Source: Laetmonice hystrix
Taxonomy: Eukaryota
DNA: 64,000 nucleotides
Assembly (NCBI GenBank): GCA_965235115.1
Contig: OZ249436.1
Coordinates: 31,684,001 to 31,748,000, forward strand
Reading direction: 5' to 3'
Positions 25,238 to 37,166 of the stretch are shown here, piece after piece. Both the position numbers and the translations under genes were made by a program. The notes under the pieces are model-generated. The model was not told where the DNA came from and did not search any database. It saw only the letters and a list, made by a program, of their open reading frames with translations. Positions within the stretch are counted from its first letter, which is position 1; each line of letters opens with the position of its first letter.

Positions 25238-25322
25238 TTTTGCCATAATATGTGGCTGGGTTGTATGGGCCATGAATTCTAGCGTTAAATTCAGGGGGAT
25301 ATTGTCCTATTCCGAGCGGCAT
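25238..25322 (-). CDS. ATP5MF: ATP synthase subunit f, exon 1
   Basis: MPLGIGQYPPEFNARIHGPYNPATYYGK is the invertebrate-type subunit f N-terminus (HGPY.P..YYGK). Donor A|GTAGGT. The four exons join into 110 aa. Confidence 0.93.
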
Positions 25323-25844
25323 CTTGGACACTTTCTCGAGGGTCACCCACCGGAAGCTGATCACTAATAAGACTACGGTTCTTACTACGCGTATGACCGG
25401 ACTATAATGAACAAAACTAATTCTAGTCCCCATTATGATAATTATACTTCTTAGATATTACGAGGTATTATCTTGTCTATATACACATTAAAGGTACAAT
25501 TGAAAATGAAGAAAAATTTCCGAAACAGAATTGGTTTAGGATCTACTTTTTGCATCGGAGTCTATTCCTTTTAGATTCAGCTGCAAATCTGAAGCTCTGT
25601 TTGTCAGCACGAGAAAGGGACTAACGAGGGCGCTAACGCTTAAAGTAAGTGAACTAGAAGCATATACCCATATTTCTGTCATCCTGACAAAGGAAGTCTT
25701 TTTAATCAAATGGAGTAATATATTCATTCTAGATGTTATTGTACTTAATTTTTCTCGTCCCTTCAAGGCAAGTCGTAGTTTCTAGTGGGCGATAATACAG
25801 GTATGTTTCCACCAGGGGGAGAGGGACGGGGGGGGGGGGTCAAC

Positions 25845-26250
25845 GGTATCCAGTCACTGTGAGCGTCAGCCACTGTGAGCGGCAGTTACTGTGAGCGGCT
25901 TGATTTTGATGGTTTCATATATACATATATATACATATATGTATACATATATAGATCTAGACTCTTTTAGTAAGTAATCAGTGGTAGATCTAATTGTGGA
26001 AATGCAGACAAATATAAAATTAACACTGCCCCTCCCTCCACTCAAATACCCAATTGCGCCTCTGTACTAAAGTTAGCGAAACGGCGAGGAGCGGACATGT
26101 GATATGACTATGAGCCACCCCGTAACGCAGCGTGTCCCTTGCCGGGCGCCTCGACCCTTGACCGCCGCTCACAACAACTGCCGCTCACACTGACTGCCGC
26201 TCACAGTTGCTGCCGCTCACAGTTGCTGCCGCTCACAGTAACTGGTATTC
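25845..26250. mobile_element. Merlin-like MITE
   Basis: 8-bp TSD GGGTCAAC; termini GGTATCCAGT / ACTGGTATTC; inverted arrays of a ~16-bp CTGTGAGCGGCAG unit at both ends. Confidence 0.65.
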
Positions 26251-27069
26251 GGGTCAACACCCCCCCACACACACTTAGGATCTGTGGGGGGATATCTCCC
26301 CCCCCCCTCCCACTAATTTTCGGTGATACAGAAATTTCTTGCAATGCTTGCTGAGTTAACTTTAGTCTTTACTCTAGTTTAGTGACTTTGGCGTTTGGGC
26401 CAAAATTAACATTTTTCTAATGCCATACAAACTATATATATTTTCTGAAAGTGCAAATCATGAGAAACTCAACAAAGGAAAAATGGTCTCTTTATCGATA
26501 TTACATGCAGTTTTATTAATTTTTGAAAAAATAAAATAAAGCACATTTTCTGCAAGATCAGTTTCTAAACACCGTTTAGTTGTCGAGTGATGCTGGCCCA
26601 GCGATTCTTGGACCCTCTGCGAGCATGAAATCGATTTTTGTAGAGAGCCATGTATTGAAATTTTAATCCGACCGCGATTATAATTATTGGACAAATGTAA
26701 CGTCCACGGGGTCCGTTTTTTTACGAGCAAGTCGGGTACGTAGCTCCGTCAGCCATCTGCGGTGCACCGAGTGACCGGAAACTGATAGAAGTTAGATCGC
26801 TTAGGACTGGTACCCGAAACAGGTTGCTTCACTCAGCGCCATCACCTCCGCCCCTGCCGGCTCTGCTCGAGTAGGGGCGGAAAGACTAACGGGGGTTCTC
26901 ACAGGCCTCATGCCCCCTGGCAGTTACTGTTAGGCCCGGTATGATAGGGCGATCCCAGCAGTAGGTCGCTGCTACTGCCGCGTAACGTCCACCTGCCTGG
27001 CTTGGTCCCCACTGCGGCCAGTCCACAGGCCGGGCTACACCAGCCCCCAGGGTGCCTAACCTACCATCA

Positions 27070-27707
27070 CAGTGTTCTCCACAAGGCTCCAAGGTCGGGC
27101 GGGCCACCCGACCTTGGCAGCAGGCCGCCCGATCTTGGTCATGACTGCCCGACCTTGGCGGCCGACCGCCCGACCTTAAAATCCATTCCAATCGTCTAAA
27201 CTCGCTTATCCCAGAAGCAATGAATCATACTCTTACTGGGCCTTAGTCTTAGAGCTGGTTAAATAACGATTTGACACAGCCTAACTACGTCACACTCGCC
27301 GTCTGACTAACCCAGGCCCCCTACGTTAAGTGGAATCGCACAGCGACTATTCTATTCTATTCTATTCTATGCTGTAAGGGTTGGTGAGCAGCGTAGCCGA
27401 GTGTTCTACTGCCCCAGCTCGTGCCTAACCATGTTTAACCATGGTTTTCTAAACTTGGTCAGTTAAAAATAGGCGATTGGGGTGCCTTCCGAGAGGAGTC
27501 ATTTTCTCTCCCAGATGCCGGGAAATCACATCTCCAGGCTTCTACATTTCAAAATTTTCTGGGGGAGGACCCCCACGCCCCCCCCCCAAACCAAACGGCT
27601 CGCGCCTTTGGCGCTCGCCTGTCGAGCCTACGGCACTCGCCTCTCGCGCCTTCGGCGCTCGTCACATGGGGCCGCCCGACCTTGGCCCGACCCTGTGGAG
27701 AACACTG
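27070..27707. mobile_element. MITE, 5-bp TSD
   Basis: TIR CAGTGTTCTCCACA / TGTGGAGAACACTG; TSD CATCA. Confidence 0.8.
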
Positions 27708-28199
27708 CATCACCGCACGTATCTTGGACTAATAAAAGATTTTTTTTGTCCAAGGTCCTAATTCTATGCACTCTGATCAGGAAACATTGAGCTAGTGGAC
27801 CATATCGACCGGGGGTGGGCCATATCGTCCAACTGGCTTGACCATATCAACCAACTGCCTGGGCCATATCGACCAGGCCATATCGGTCATGAGCCATATC
27901 GACCGGAGACCATAACAACAGTGCAACATAGTCATACTCATAGCCTGCCGGGCATGGCCATGGCAGCATAGCATAGGGCATAGCCTACAAAAGTACAAGA
28001 TTCCACTTCACTTACCGCTTCTGTTACCGTATATGTATCTGATTCGGGTTGTTTATACAGCTAGATGTAATGTCGCTGACATAGTGATAGTAGAGCACGC
28101 AGTGTGTAGCCTAGTAGGCGTACATGATGGCTGATTACAAGGCCAGTCGAGACTATGCAGCCTTGCTTGCGAGTTTCCAATTAATTGACATTTTTTAGA

Positions 28200-28240
28200 C
28201 CAATCGCCCTGCAAAAGAAAAATGGCGCCGATTTGCAATT
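28200..28240 (+). promoter_or_regulatory. Probable TSS region of the F-box gene
   Basis: CCAAT at ~28200 and YY1-type AAAATGGCG at ~28219, ~230 bp upstream of the acceptor TATTTTCAG| (28451). Confidence 0.4.
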
Positions 28241-28477
28241 CCCAATTTGTACCGGTTGAAGTTGCAATACTACCATCATATTAGTTGAAACCATTGTGAT
28301 AGGATCCGATGATCTCAAAAACGCTACTTCAAATGACAGAAACCCCTGCCTACCATGTTTGAAAATGATGAATTAGGTTTGTGTAAATGTGTTGAATGTA
28401 TGTTGATCTCAAATTCACAGAACTTGACTTTGACATTTGCCCTATTTTCAGATGTTCCGATGGTGATAGGTTGAAGC

Positions 28478-29995
28478 ATGTCAGAAAAACAATCCATTGG
28501 GGAGACACATGGAAATGATGGTCAGGCTAGTCACTGCTATAAGTCACTCTTCAATCAAAAGCTGTGGGATGCAGCTATCACAAAGAAGGACAACATAGCA
28601 AACAAAGACAGATGTCAAATCTCTGTTGTTGAAAACTGTACAATTGGCCAAAGAAGAAAGCAAGCATGTGGCTATCCAGAAGATGGAGAAGGATCTTGGG
28701 GAGGAGACCGGTCTTGTCTAGATATAGCACAAGTCCCCATGGTGGCTGTGGCTAATATATTGTCTTTTTTAGAATGGAAAGATAAATTATCAGCTGTCCG
28801 AGCAATACCAGTGTGGCACAGTCCTCTCTGTACAGTAAAGGCGTGGCCAGTGCTTGCATACCATGAGGATGCTTCAACCAAGACTGATGTCCGTCAGAAA
28901 GTTTCTCAGTGCATCTCTACCTATGGAAAATACATAACAAGTATAAAACTAGCCTTTAATTACTGGTACCCTGTGGGCAGGAGAGGCAGGCAGGTCCTGC
29001 ATGAAATAGCAACAAACTGTGCACAGTTACATACACTTTGTATTGCTGACACAGTGTGGAGCGAGCAAGCAGAATGTGCCCTTAATCAAGTGTTAGTTAA
29101 CTGCCCCAAACTGAGGGACCTTGCTCTGGTGCGACCAGTCTTGGCATGGAGTGAAGAAGACGATAATGTTGTGACTATTATTGGCCAACCACACCACGCT
29201 ACGAAACTCACTAGGCTTATACTGACGAGTGAATCGCTCTTGGAACATGAAGGACCTCTACATATCCTACAAAACTTCACTTCTCTACATACTTTAAAGA
29301 TACGACGGGAAGAGCTGAGCGAAAACATTCTCGTACAACTGGCACAGCATAAACTGGAAAAGCTCAGCTTGTTCCTTGATGAAGAGGTAGAGTATGGTGT
29401 GCCAATGATATATTCAAGTTCATTGTGGGAAACGGTATGCAAACAGAGTCCCAAGTTTGTGCTCCATCTGGTGCTGAAGAACATCATTGTGTTAAGGTCC
29501 AGCTTCCCGTCTGGTGCTCCACTGAATACCCTTGTGATGGTGGACCTCTCGGCCTCGCTAACCAAAGGCATTCTAGACACCATCACAGCCCAGTACTCGG
29601 CAACTCTCCAGACCTTTGTCTATACTAAATCATGTCAGCTTGACTGTGCTCAAGTTGAGGACCGGCGCCTCCCAGTTGCCCTGTATGATTTGGTACGTCA
29701 TTGTAGCAGTTTACACACCCTTGTATACGGCTTCCAAATATCCTCCACAACAGCACTTATGATTGCCAAAGTGCGAAGGCTCAACCATTATGTGTTACTG
29801 CTGGATGAAGTAACCTTTGAACAGGATTGGCAAGTACAACCCGACTGGAGTGCTGAATTCCTAACATGGTTAAAATCGAGTGGCTCTAGCTTGTGCAATC
29901 TTGAAACAGCAATGTCAGAACTGTTAGAATATCCTTGGAGAATGTCAACACAGTTTAGTATGTGGGAAAATGTGAATTTCTATTGCAATCTTTGA
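28478..29995 (+). CDS. F-box/leucine-rich-repeat protein (FBXL8/FBXL3-type), single coding exon
   Basis: 505-aa ORF with an F-box-like segment (VPMVAVANILSFLEWKDKLSAV..W), cysteine-type LRRs (NCAQLHTLCI, NCPKLRDLAL, HCSSLHTLV) and a C-terminal DW..PDWS.EF..WL..LL.YPW motif like invertebrate FBXL8-like proteins. Confidence 0.85.
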   Translation: MSEKQSIGETHGNDGQASHCYKSLFNQKLWDAAITKKDNIANKDRCQISVVENCTIGQRRKQACGYPEDGEGSWGGDRSCLDIAQVPMVAVANILSFLEWKDKLSAVRAIPVWHSPLCTVKAWPVLAYHEDASTKTDVRQKVSQCISTYGKYITSIKLAFNYWYPVGRRGRQVLHEIATNCAQLHTLCIADTVWSEQAECALNQVLVNCPKLRDLALVRPVLAWSEEDDNVVTIIGQPHHATKLTRLILTSESLLEHEGPLHILQNFTSLHTLKIRREELSENILVQLAQHKLEKLSLFLDEEVEYGVPMIYSSSLWETVCKQSPKFVLHLVLKNIIVLRSSFPSGAPLNTLVMVDLSASLTKGILDTITAQYSATLQTFVYTKSCQLDCAQVEDRRLPVALYDLVRHCSSLHTLVYGFQISSTTALMIAKVRRLNHYVLLLDEVTFEQDWQVQPDWSAEFLTWLKSSGSSLCNLETAMSELLEYPWRMSTQFSMWENVNFYCNL

Positions 29996-30100
29996 AGAAG
30001 TATAAGGAATTAGGAAAGTGTCATCGACATTGTCATTGGATTAATTCAGAAAACCTTTAAAACTAGAATAAACGATTAGTGGACAGTGCTAATTAAGATA

Positions 30101-30277
30101 CAGTCAGACCTCATTAATCTGTGCTTCTTTAAGCTGTACGGGTATACCTTTCCGAACACACTTTCTGGTAACCTCTTCTACCATTTCCTATTTAAAATGA
30201 TTAAGTAATCCATATGTTACATGATCCAAACACATTTTAATGTGCACCAAGCTGTTTGGATTAATGAGGTCTGACTG
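30101..30277. mobile_element. Tc1/mariner-pogo-type MITE just 3' of the F-box stop
   Basis: TA|CAGTCAGACCTCATTAATC ... GATTAATGAGGTCTGACTG|TA. Confidence 0.85.
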
Positions 30278-32214
30278 TAAAACTTTTTCTGACTGCTGGC
30301 CGTTGTTTCTCACAGGTTCGGGAAACCTTCACCAGTACACATAACCTGAATTTCCCTGTAAAACCAAAGTGATCTAGATATGTTAGTCGAGTCAAAAGAT
30401 GTACCCCCTATTTCTGAAATGTAATAATTTATTGGTGTTTTCTGCTTTTAACAAGGGCTTTCTCTCTAATGCCCCTACAAGTGCATACTAGACTCTGATG
30501 TGGTATATATTCTTGTACTTTATCCAGTATCTCATTTTTATGACCAGCTGCTAATAGTCATGTTATGGATCCATAACATTGTGGAATCTCTTAATTTGTC
30601 GTTTATAGAAATGAACATTGTCATATTTTCAGGAGGTGATAGTGTGCAAGCTTTTCTCATAGTTCTAGAGTGACTACATGTGGAACATGATGGGCATGTT
30701 AAATACAATTATTTTGTGGCTTTATATTGGTAGTAGTGAATCAGGATAGACTTACCAACCAATTCGTTTTCAGTTGGCCCAGATTTCCTGGACATCTGGT
30801 ATTTTGTTTGTAACACAATAAGATATTGTGTGCACACCCGATGTGAACAGTATGTACTGTGTGAATGGTACAATGCACTTTCTTAATGAGAAGATTTACT
30901 TTGTTTTTGGTATGATCTCAAACCCGCGAGCATCTTGTAAGAGGATCTTCTGCTGTGTACAAAAACTCCACCGTAATGTTCGGCAATATTAAACACTTGT
31001 ATATCACATGTTATTGTGCAGTGGTCATTATTGTGCAGTGGTCATACTTGTGATTGTCTAACCAGTCAGGAATATTTTGTAGTATGGTGCTTATTGAAAC
31101 CACCTCCCTCAATCCTTATTTTCTCGAATGTTTTTCCTAATTTAAAATGTAAAGAAATGGCTCCACCTATACAGTGTTCTCCACACATTCAATGTACACC
31201 AGTAGCTCGTCGGTGTACTGGCCACCGTTATACTGTACTATGATTTATTTACCTAAACAACTGATGTTTTACCGTAATTGAGTTGCTGAGGATGACTTTG
31301 TGAACCCCGGCTCACCACCAGTGTGAATTTTCATCCTGTGGAGAACACTGCTGTATCAAGTTTTGGAGAAGATAGGAACTGTCTTTGGGCACGTTTAAAT
31401 CTGAAACAAACGGAAGTGAATAAACATAACAGTTCACGTAGCATAAATTACTTAGCCATAATATAATTACATTTGCAAAACGTATGCATGTTGACGAATC
31501 CATATTTAAAATCAGCACAGCGCACTCCTTGGCTCCCACACTGTCGTGCCGTCCTGCCTACATCGCGGGAGGACTTGCTCAGTCTCAAGTAAGTCATTCC
31601 AGAAGAGCAAAATCAAATATTGAGCAAATTTAACTTAGAAAACATTTACAAATACAAGTAATATATTCCGCACCATTTAGTAACTTTAAGCAGGTAAGAA
31701 AAAAGACATGACAATCCCCCAACCGGGCCCCAATCTATAGAGATGTGGGTGCGATTTTTTTTAGATGCACGGGCATCGGGCGTTACCCAGTTACTTTCAG
31801 AATGTTCGGAAAGAGAAAGATTTTATAGTCCCCTACAGGAATTGAACACTGGCGCCCTGCAAGATTACTACACCCATTCGCATACCATAAGCTATCTTTA
31901 CTCTTTTAGGGAGAAAAATAAAGGATTTTGTTTGTCCTTCCTCAACATATTTAGGAATCCCTTCTCCTCTCCCTCAAAGTTATAACTGTGTGGAATGGTA
32001 AATTGCGTTCTAGATGCTACACAATGTAGTACATGTATATGAAACTGTGGGAGTTAAGAAATAATATTTTTAGAAGTCTTACTTATCGTAAAAAAATTGC
32101 TTTTCATAAAAACAAAGGATTTCTGAATCGTAAGACAAATGTAAAATTATCCCCCCCCCCATTAGATTGATTTCGGTATTAATTACTTGATAGTTTTGCA
32201 AATTTTCTGCTGTT

Positions 32215-33115
32215 TTTTGACCCCCAACCTGGGGCTTCTGATTCACCGTCCGTCCGTCTGATCAGGTACGCTCGTGGCATGATGCACGTCGAAGGATTTT
32301 TTTCATATCTTCCAATACGGCTGCTTGGCAGCCATCTTGGATATAAAACACATTTAGAGCAATAACGATCCCGATTTCTTTCAAATTTAGTGGAAAGAAG
32401 GTGCATCTGAGGGGCAATGTATTTTCAGATCAGAACAAATTTGGCAACATGGCAGCCTTAATTGTATTTTTACTCCCCCCCCCCCCCCCATAACACTGTA
32501 TTGGCTCATATCTCGAAAACGGTTCACGATAACGCAATAGTTACACTATTATTGACAGATAGGAAGTCATATTATGAAGTTTCATTTGGCGCCATTTTCC
32601 ATGACTTTGAGCGACCTTGAAAGGTCAGTGATGTAGCCAGGAATTAGTGAAAGGGGGGGCGTAATTTTTTTGGGGGAAAATTTGACAAGCAAAAAAAAAA
32701 AAGGTCTTCAACAATGCAAAAAAAGAGAGAAAAAATAAGCCAAACGGGGGGACGTACGCTGGGTACGCCCTATGGTGGCTACGTCCCTGAAGGTCAATCA
32801 AGGTCATGCATATTTTTAATGACATGAACCTCCAAATTAGTTGAAGATAACAACATAATCTTGCATGAAACATTACATCAGAACCAGGCACAGTCTAAGG
32901 AGGACACAGGTCAAACATATCATTAAAAATGACCACTTGGTGGCCATCTTGGATATAAAGAAATCTGAAGCAATAAATCTGACAAAATTGTCTGGATTTC
33001 GTTCTTGGTGACAGGAGAAAGCATATGAGGGGCAACAACCTTGCCAAAAGTACGCATATTTCCTGGACCCATAGATAATTAGTTCATACTCAGTTGGGGG
33101 CTGTGACTCTTGTTG
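32215..33115 (+). mobile_element. DINE-1/HINE-like (non-autonomous Helentron-type) element
   Basis: 5' CCCC..GGGG hairpin, (CCGT)n microsatellite, core homologous to the repeat units of 48712-50769 in inverted orientation, and 3' GGGGGCT..CTTGTT end. Confidence 0.6.
32626..32789. mobile_element. MITE nested in the HINE-like element, 5-bp TSD
   Basis: Termini CAGTGATGTAGCCA / TGGCTACGTCCCTG; TSD AAGGT. Confidence 0.75.
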
Positions 33116-34013
33116 TTGAAACTGCTTTTGTTTCTTTTTGCAAAAATAAGGACGTTTCAGATATGGAAAATAAAGGAATGTTATCATCTTTGAAATTAAT
33201 AAACACTGCTTCGCGAAATGAGCATGGAAGCAATCTGCAAAGTCATACCTTGAGAAGCATGGTTTTTGTGTTATCTGCTTTTACCCACCCGGAACCTGTA
33301 TTTTTAAGTTTCTTACTCCCCCATTCTTGGGCTAGTTGGACACAGGATTTCTTCCAAGGATTATTCCTCCAATCTGTTGGATTTAGGATGTACTCCCCAG
33401 TCCCTCTTTCCAAGACCCTGAGAATCCGTGACGTTTTTAATTAAGGTACATGTAATGGGATACTGAGGAGAAACTGATTAAACTGCAAGACCTTTTTAAT
33501 GGCAATTATTTGCATCAAAATGGTTTAATAAGCAAGGTATACACTTCATCCACATGAGAATAGATTCATTGTGAAATGCCATAATGAATATTTTATATAA
33601 TTATAACTTTGGCTTAATGACCGGCTTCCCTAGCTTCCTGCTTGTTCAAGAAAATACTTTTCTTATCTAAAATAAAGGTCTATAATAATTAACACATTTA
33701 CACTAGATCATTACAAGAACAACATTAAATCACTAATTTCAGCTAATCCTAAACTGGCCACGGTATCACTCCCATTACTGATACACCAACCCAGCAGTCG
33801 TCAAACAAGAGGCAAGTACTTTACATAGAATGTACCTTGTGTCTTCCACCATCACAGACATCCTCTCAGCAACACGGCATAAACCAGGTTTCCTAATCAG
33901 GAAATCGCCCCTTCAAACATTTATTTATTTCTATCACATGCCAATGAAGCCAATGTCATGGTATTGCACATATAAGTGACTACTCTTGAGAAAGCCTCAG
34001 AAAGCAAGCCAGT

Positions 34014-34367
34014 TTATGAGTCTGGTGGATTATGCCTTCTCAAACGGAGCAGATGAGCATTATACAGGAGCTTGTTGCTTTGGTAGTAATGAGGATTGGC
34101 AGCCATATTTAGCTTGGGGTTGTATGCAGGGTCAGTAAGATGAGTGTGGGGTCCTTGGGCTACATTCACAGAGTGTTTGTGATGTAGATCCGGAGTGCCG
34201 TCAGACAACAAAGTCGGATATCCATTCAGTTGTCCTCCAGGGTCGTGCAGTGCTGGAAGGCCATTTGTTGTCAGTGATGAGCCTGGAGTTGGCCATCCCA
34301 GGTTTGGGGCATGGGAAGGCCCAGGCTGGGGTTGGCCGTTCGTACTGCACCGACAGCCATTAGCCTG
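34014..34367 (-). CDS. FAM104A: FAM104/VCF-like protein, exon 4
   Basis: Acceptor TTCAGCAG (exon start 34367 or 34364); ends YNPKL..NPHYYQSNKLLYNAHLLRLRR, resembling the FAM104 C-terminal p97-binding helix. Confidence 0.75.
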   Translation of the reverse strand, partial: QANGCRCSTNGQPQPGPSHAPNLGWPTPGSSLTTNGLPALHDPGGQLNGYPTLLSDGTPDLHHKHSVNVAQGPHTHLTDPAYNPKLNMAANPHYYQSNKLLYNAHLLRLRRHNPPDS

Positions 34368-34628
34368 CTGAATCAGAAATAGAAACCACCGTGACAAGGT
34401 GCCCATGACAAAGATCTTTTAGTTTAGTTTCTTATGTTTCCTTTAGTAGAACCTGTGGATAATACTGGTATTTATACTGTTCAACTAGAAACGTTAGGTA
34501 ATAAAATAAATATACATGTACTAGGCAAGGAAAACCTGGCAAAGACATCCAAATAGACAGGATCCCCTTTTATCCCAGGTGATCAACTATGTGGTACTGG
34601 CACTAAGTGTAAATGACACAACACTCAC

Positions 34629-34692
34629 ATTATTGTTCGAGAACCCCTCACTGTCTTCACCTTGCTCCTCCTCAGTACTACAACCTCTCGAT
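34629..34692 (-). CDS. FAM104A: FAM104/VCF-like protein, exon 3
   Basis: TTTCAG| ... |GTGAGT, 64 nt, phases 2/0 fit the neighbouring exons; SRGCSTEEEQGEDSEGFSNNN. Confidence 0.75.
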
Positions 34693-34970
34693 CTGAAACA
34701 TGTTATCCTCGTAGTTAGGGATTTTGTTCCTAGATAGAGACATTTTCACAAACATTTCATTTTATTAATTCATATTTTGATTGAAAACAAAATCTACCGG
34801 CACCTGATTGTTTCTGATGCAAAACGTTTAATATCTGCTAAACTTCTAGTAGATATGTAGGCATAAATCTTAGATATATTTCTACTGGGTTGAAATACTG
34901 GAGATGATTTATAATTCTGTGGGCTTAAAATGAATGCTCTGGTTTTAAATGGTATGTTATACATTTATAC

Positions 34971-35060
34971 CTTATATTGAGGTTATGGATCCTTTTTGAG
35001 ATTGGCATACACTCCTGGCAGTCGTCAGTTGGACTTCTCCCCCTCTTCCTTCTCCCACTG
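34971..35060 (-). CDS. FAM104A: FAM104/VCF-like protein, exon 2
   Basis: GRRKRGRSPTDDCQECMPISKRIHNLNI has the bipartite NLS-like RKR...SKR of the family. Acceptor GCAGCAG, donor AG|GTATAA. Confidence 0.8.
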
Positions 35061-36001
35061 CTGCAATTGTATCAAAAAGTTGTTTTATTCTCAGTCATTT
35101 ACTCAATCTTTCTGTATTTTAAAAATTAGAGAAATTAGGAATCTAATAGAACAATTCAAGCAATGAAAAATTCAGAATACATTGTGTATTTATAATTACT
35201 TTAACCAAACGGATCTTCCACTAGCCCATTACCATGGGACGTGGAAAAAATATTGAAATACACTCTCACTGAACATGTTACATAATGTGCAGTACAAGTC
35301 CTGTAAATGCCAAAATATAGAGAAATGCAACTCAAGTTTGCCCATTATACCATGATGGTCTGAACTGACTGAAGTATAGTACAGGTGAACAGGATGTCGG
35401 CCTACATGTATTGTAATTCAGCACTATATCACAAAACAGCTGAGACTTAGGTCATAAGAAGGAGAAAAAAGGATGAGATGAAAAGGAAAGAGGAGGAAGG
35501 TGGAAAAGAGGAAGGAGAAAATAAAAGTTAAGGAAGGAAAGAACATCCATGGGAGACAGCCAGGATACATTGATTGAGGAGAAAAAAAATGAGATGGTAC
35601 ATGAGAACAGGAGGGAGAGAGGAGGGGAAATTACAGGGACAGGCGAGGAAAGGAGGAGAGGCCAAAGGAAAGGACAACTGTGTTGACAACTGCAGGGCGA
35701 CTCAGCGGTATCTGTATGGCAATAAATTGTAGGGATTGCGACTGAAGCTGCCCAGGCATGAGTTTTGTCTCATCTTCTTGTTTCTTTAATGCCAAATTTG
35801 GAATTATTTCGGTAATTACGTTGGTGTCAACAGCCACATCAAATCCCGTGTCTCGGCACTGAACTCAAGCTGCTGTGTCGCTTTGTTTACATCTCCACCT
35901 CAGTCGTTCATAGGGGGCGCTGTGTTTTGACATCACAAAAACTGGCCTACTTGCATATCCTACACTCCACCATTCTTGCTCCAGTCCCAAAGGTATCCTT
36001 A

Positions 36002-36324
36002 AGGACCTGATCCACCACCTTGCGCCCCCGCCGCACGTCCGCAATGCGCCCGCAAACCCCTTTTCAGTGATCCACCAAAAATAATTGTGATTACGGGCTA
36101 CATTCTAATTGGTGGATCCCTTGCGGTCGAGAAAATCACAACACATAATATCAAACATGCTAGATGTTGCCGCAAGCTGACCGCAAGGCTGCAGCACCGC
36201 CGCTGTGAACTTACTGCAAGGTGCCCGCAGATGCTGATCCACCGAATCGGGCGGCTTGCAGTTTCTCGGCTGCAAGCTGCCCGCAACAGAATTGCAAGGA
36301 AATTGCAGCGGCGGATCAGGGCCT
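36002..36324. mobile_element. Harbinger/Kolobok-like MITE
   Basis: Termini AGGACCTGATCC / GGATCAGGGCCT; TTA flanks; CCGCAAG internal repeats. Confidence 0.65.
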
Positions 36325-37149
36325 TTAGTTTAGGGAGGTCGGGAAGTGCAGTTTTTTGTTCTCCCAAAAATCAATTTTTGGAGTGCTAATTAAAGGAGCA
36401 TGATCACTAACTGTTACTGTTAGCTCTTCAATATAACTATAAGGGACCATCCATAAATTACATAACGCTATTCTGCCAAAATGGCAGTGGTTATTTTGCC
36501 AGCATATGGATGGGTCATGTGACTGCAATAAGCCCGAAAGACGTCTTTGAAATGGTCGCTTAGCCAAAGAGGTCTTTGGGGCGACGGGTGTTTCACTAAC
36601 CACCTATTCTTTAACATTGCCATTGGCCCCGCATAGATGTCTTTCCAAAGACGTCTTTGCTAAAGACGTATTTCGTTAAGAAAATGCACCCCTGGATTCC
36701 TGTATTGCATGATATCTTAAGTTAATTCCAGCAAAATAGCGATCATCTAATTAGCGCCTATTAACCCAAATTAGGTCTACCAACCAATTTTAGACTAACA
36801 GTAGCTGTAACCCAAACCCCCTAACCTTAGCCATTACCCAAACATGATATTGTTTCATGTTGGTAATTATAAATTAGTCACACTCACAGTATAGAATACT
36901 GTCTTAGGTCCCTGTCTTATTTTTCCCGAATGCCGTCAAAATATCCAACCTTTGTATAATGGCCAACGAAAGCACTGCCAACTGATACTACTCAGCAGAC
37001 AATACTCTACATCATTGTGCATAGTCAATGAGTAGACTGACATCGTCATGCTCGTCAGCTGGCGAGTCGGCCAATGCGCAATGCCAACTAAATGCCAATG
37101 GCAATGGCTCGGTAATGTAATCTACCTAATAATACGGTACGGTACCTAC

Positions 37150-37166
37150 CCACTTCCTAAATCCAT
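37150..37166 (-). CDS. FAM104A: FAM104/VCF-like protein, exon 1 coding part
   Basis: GCCATGG start, MDLGS+GG, donor G|GTAGGT; phase 2 matches exon 2. Total ~172-174 aa. Confidence 0.55.

Noticed and set aside
29086..29586. 166-aa minus-strand ORF
   Set aside because: Antisense shadow of the F-box CDS.
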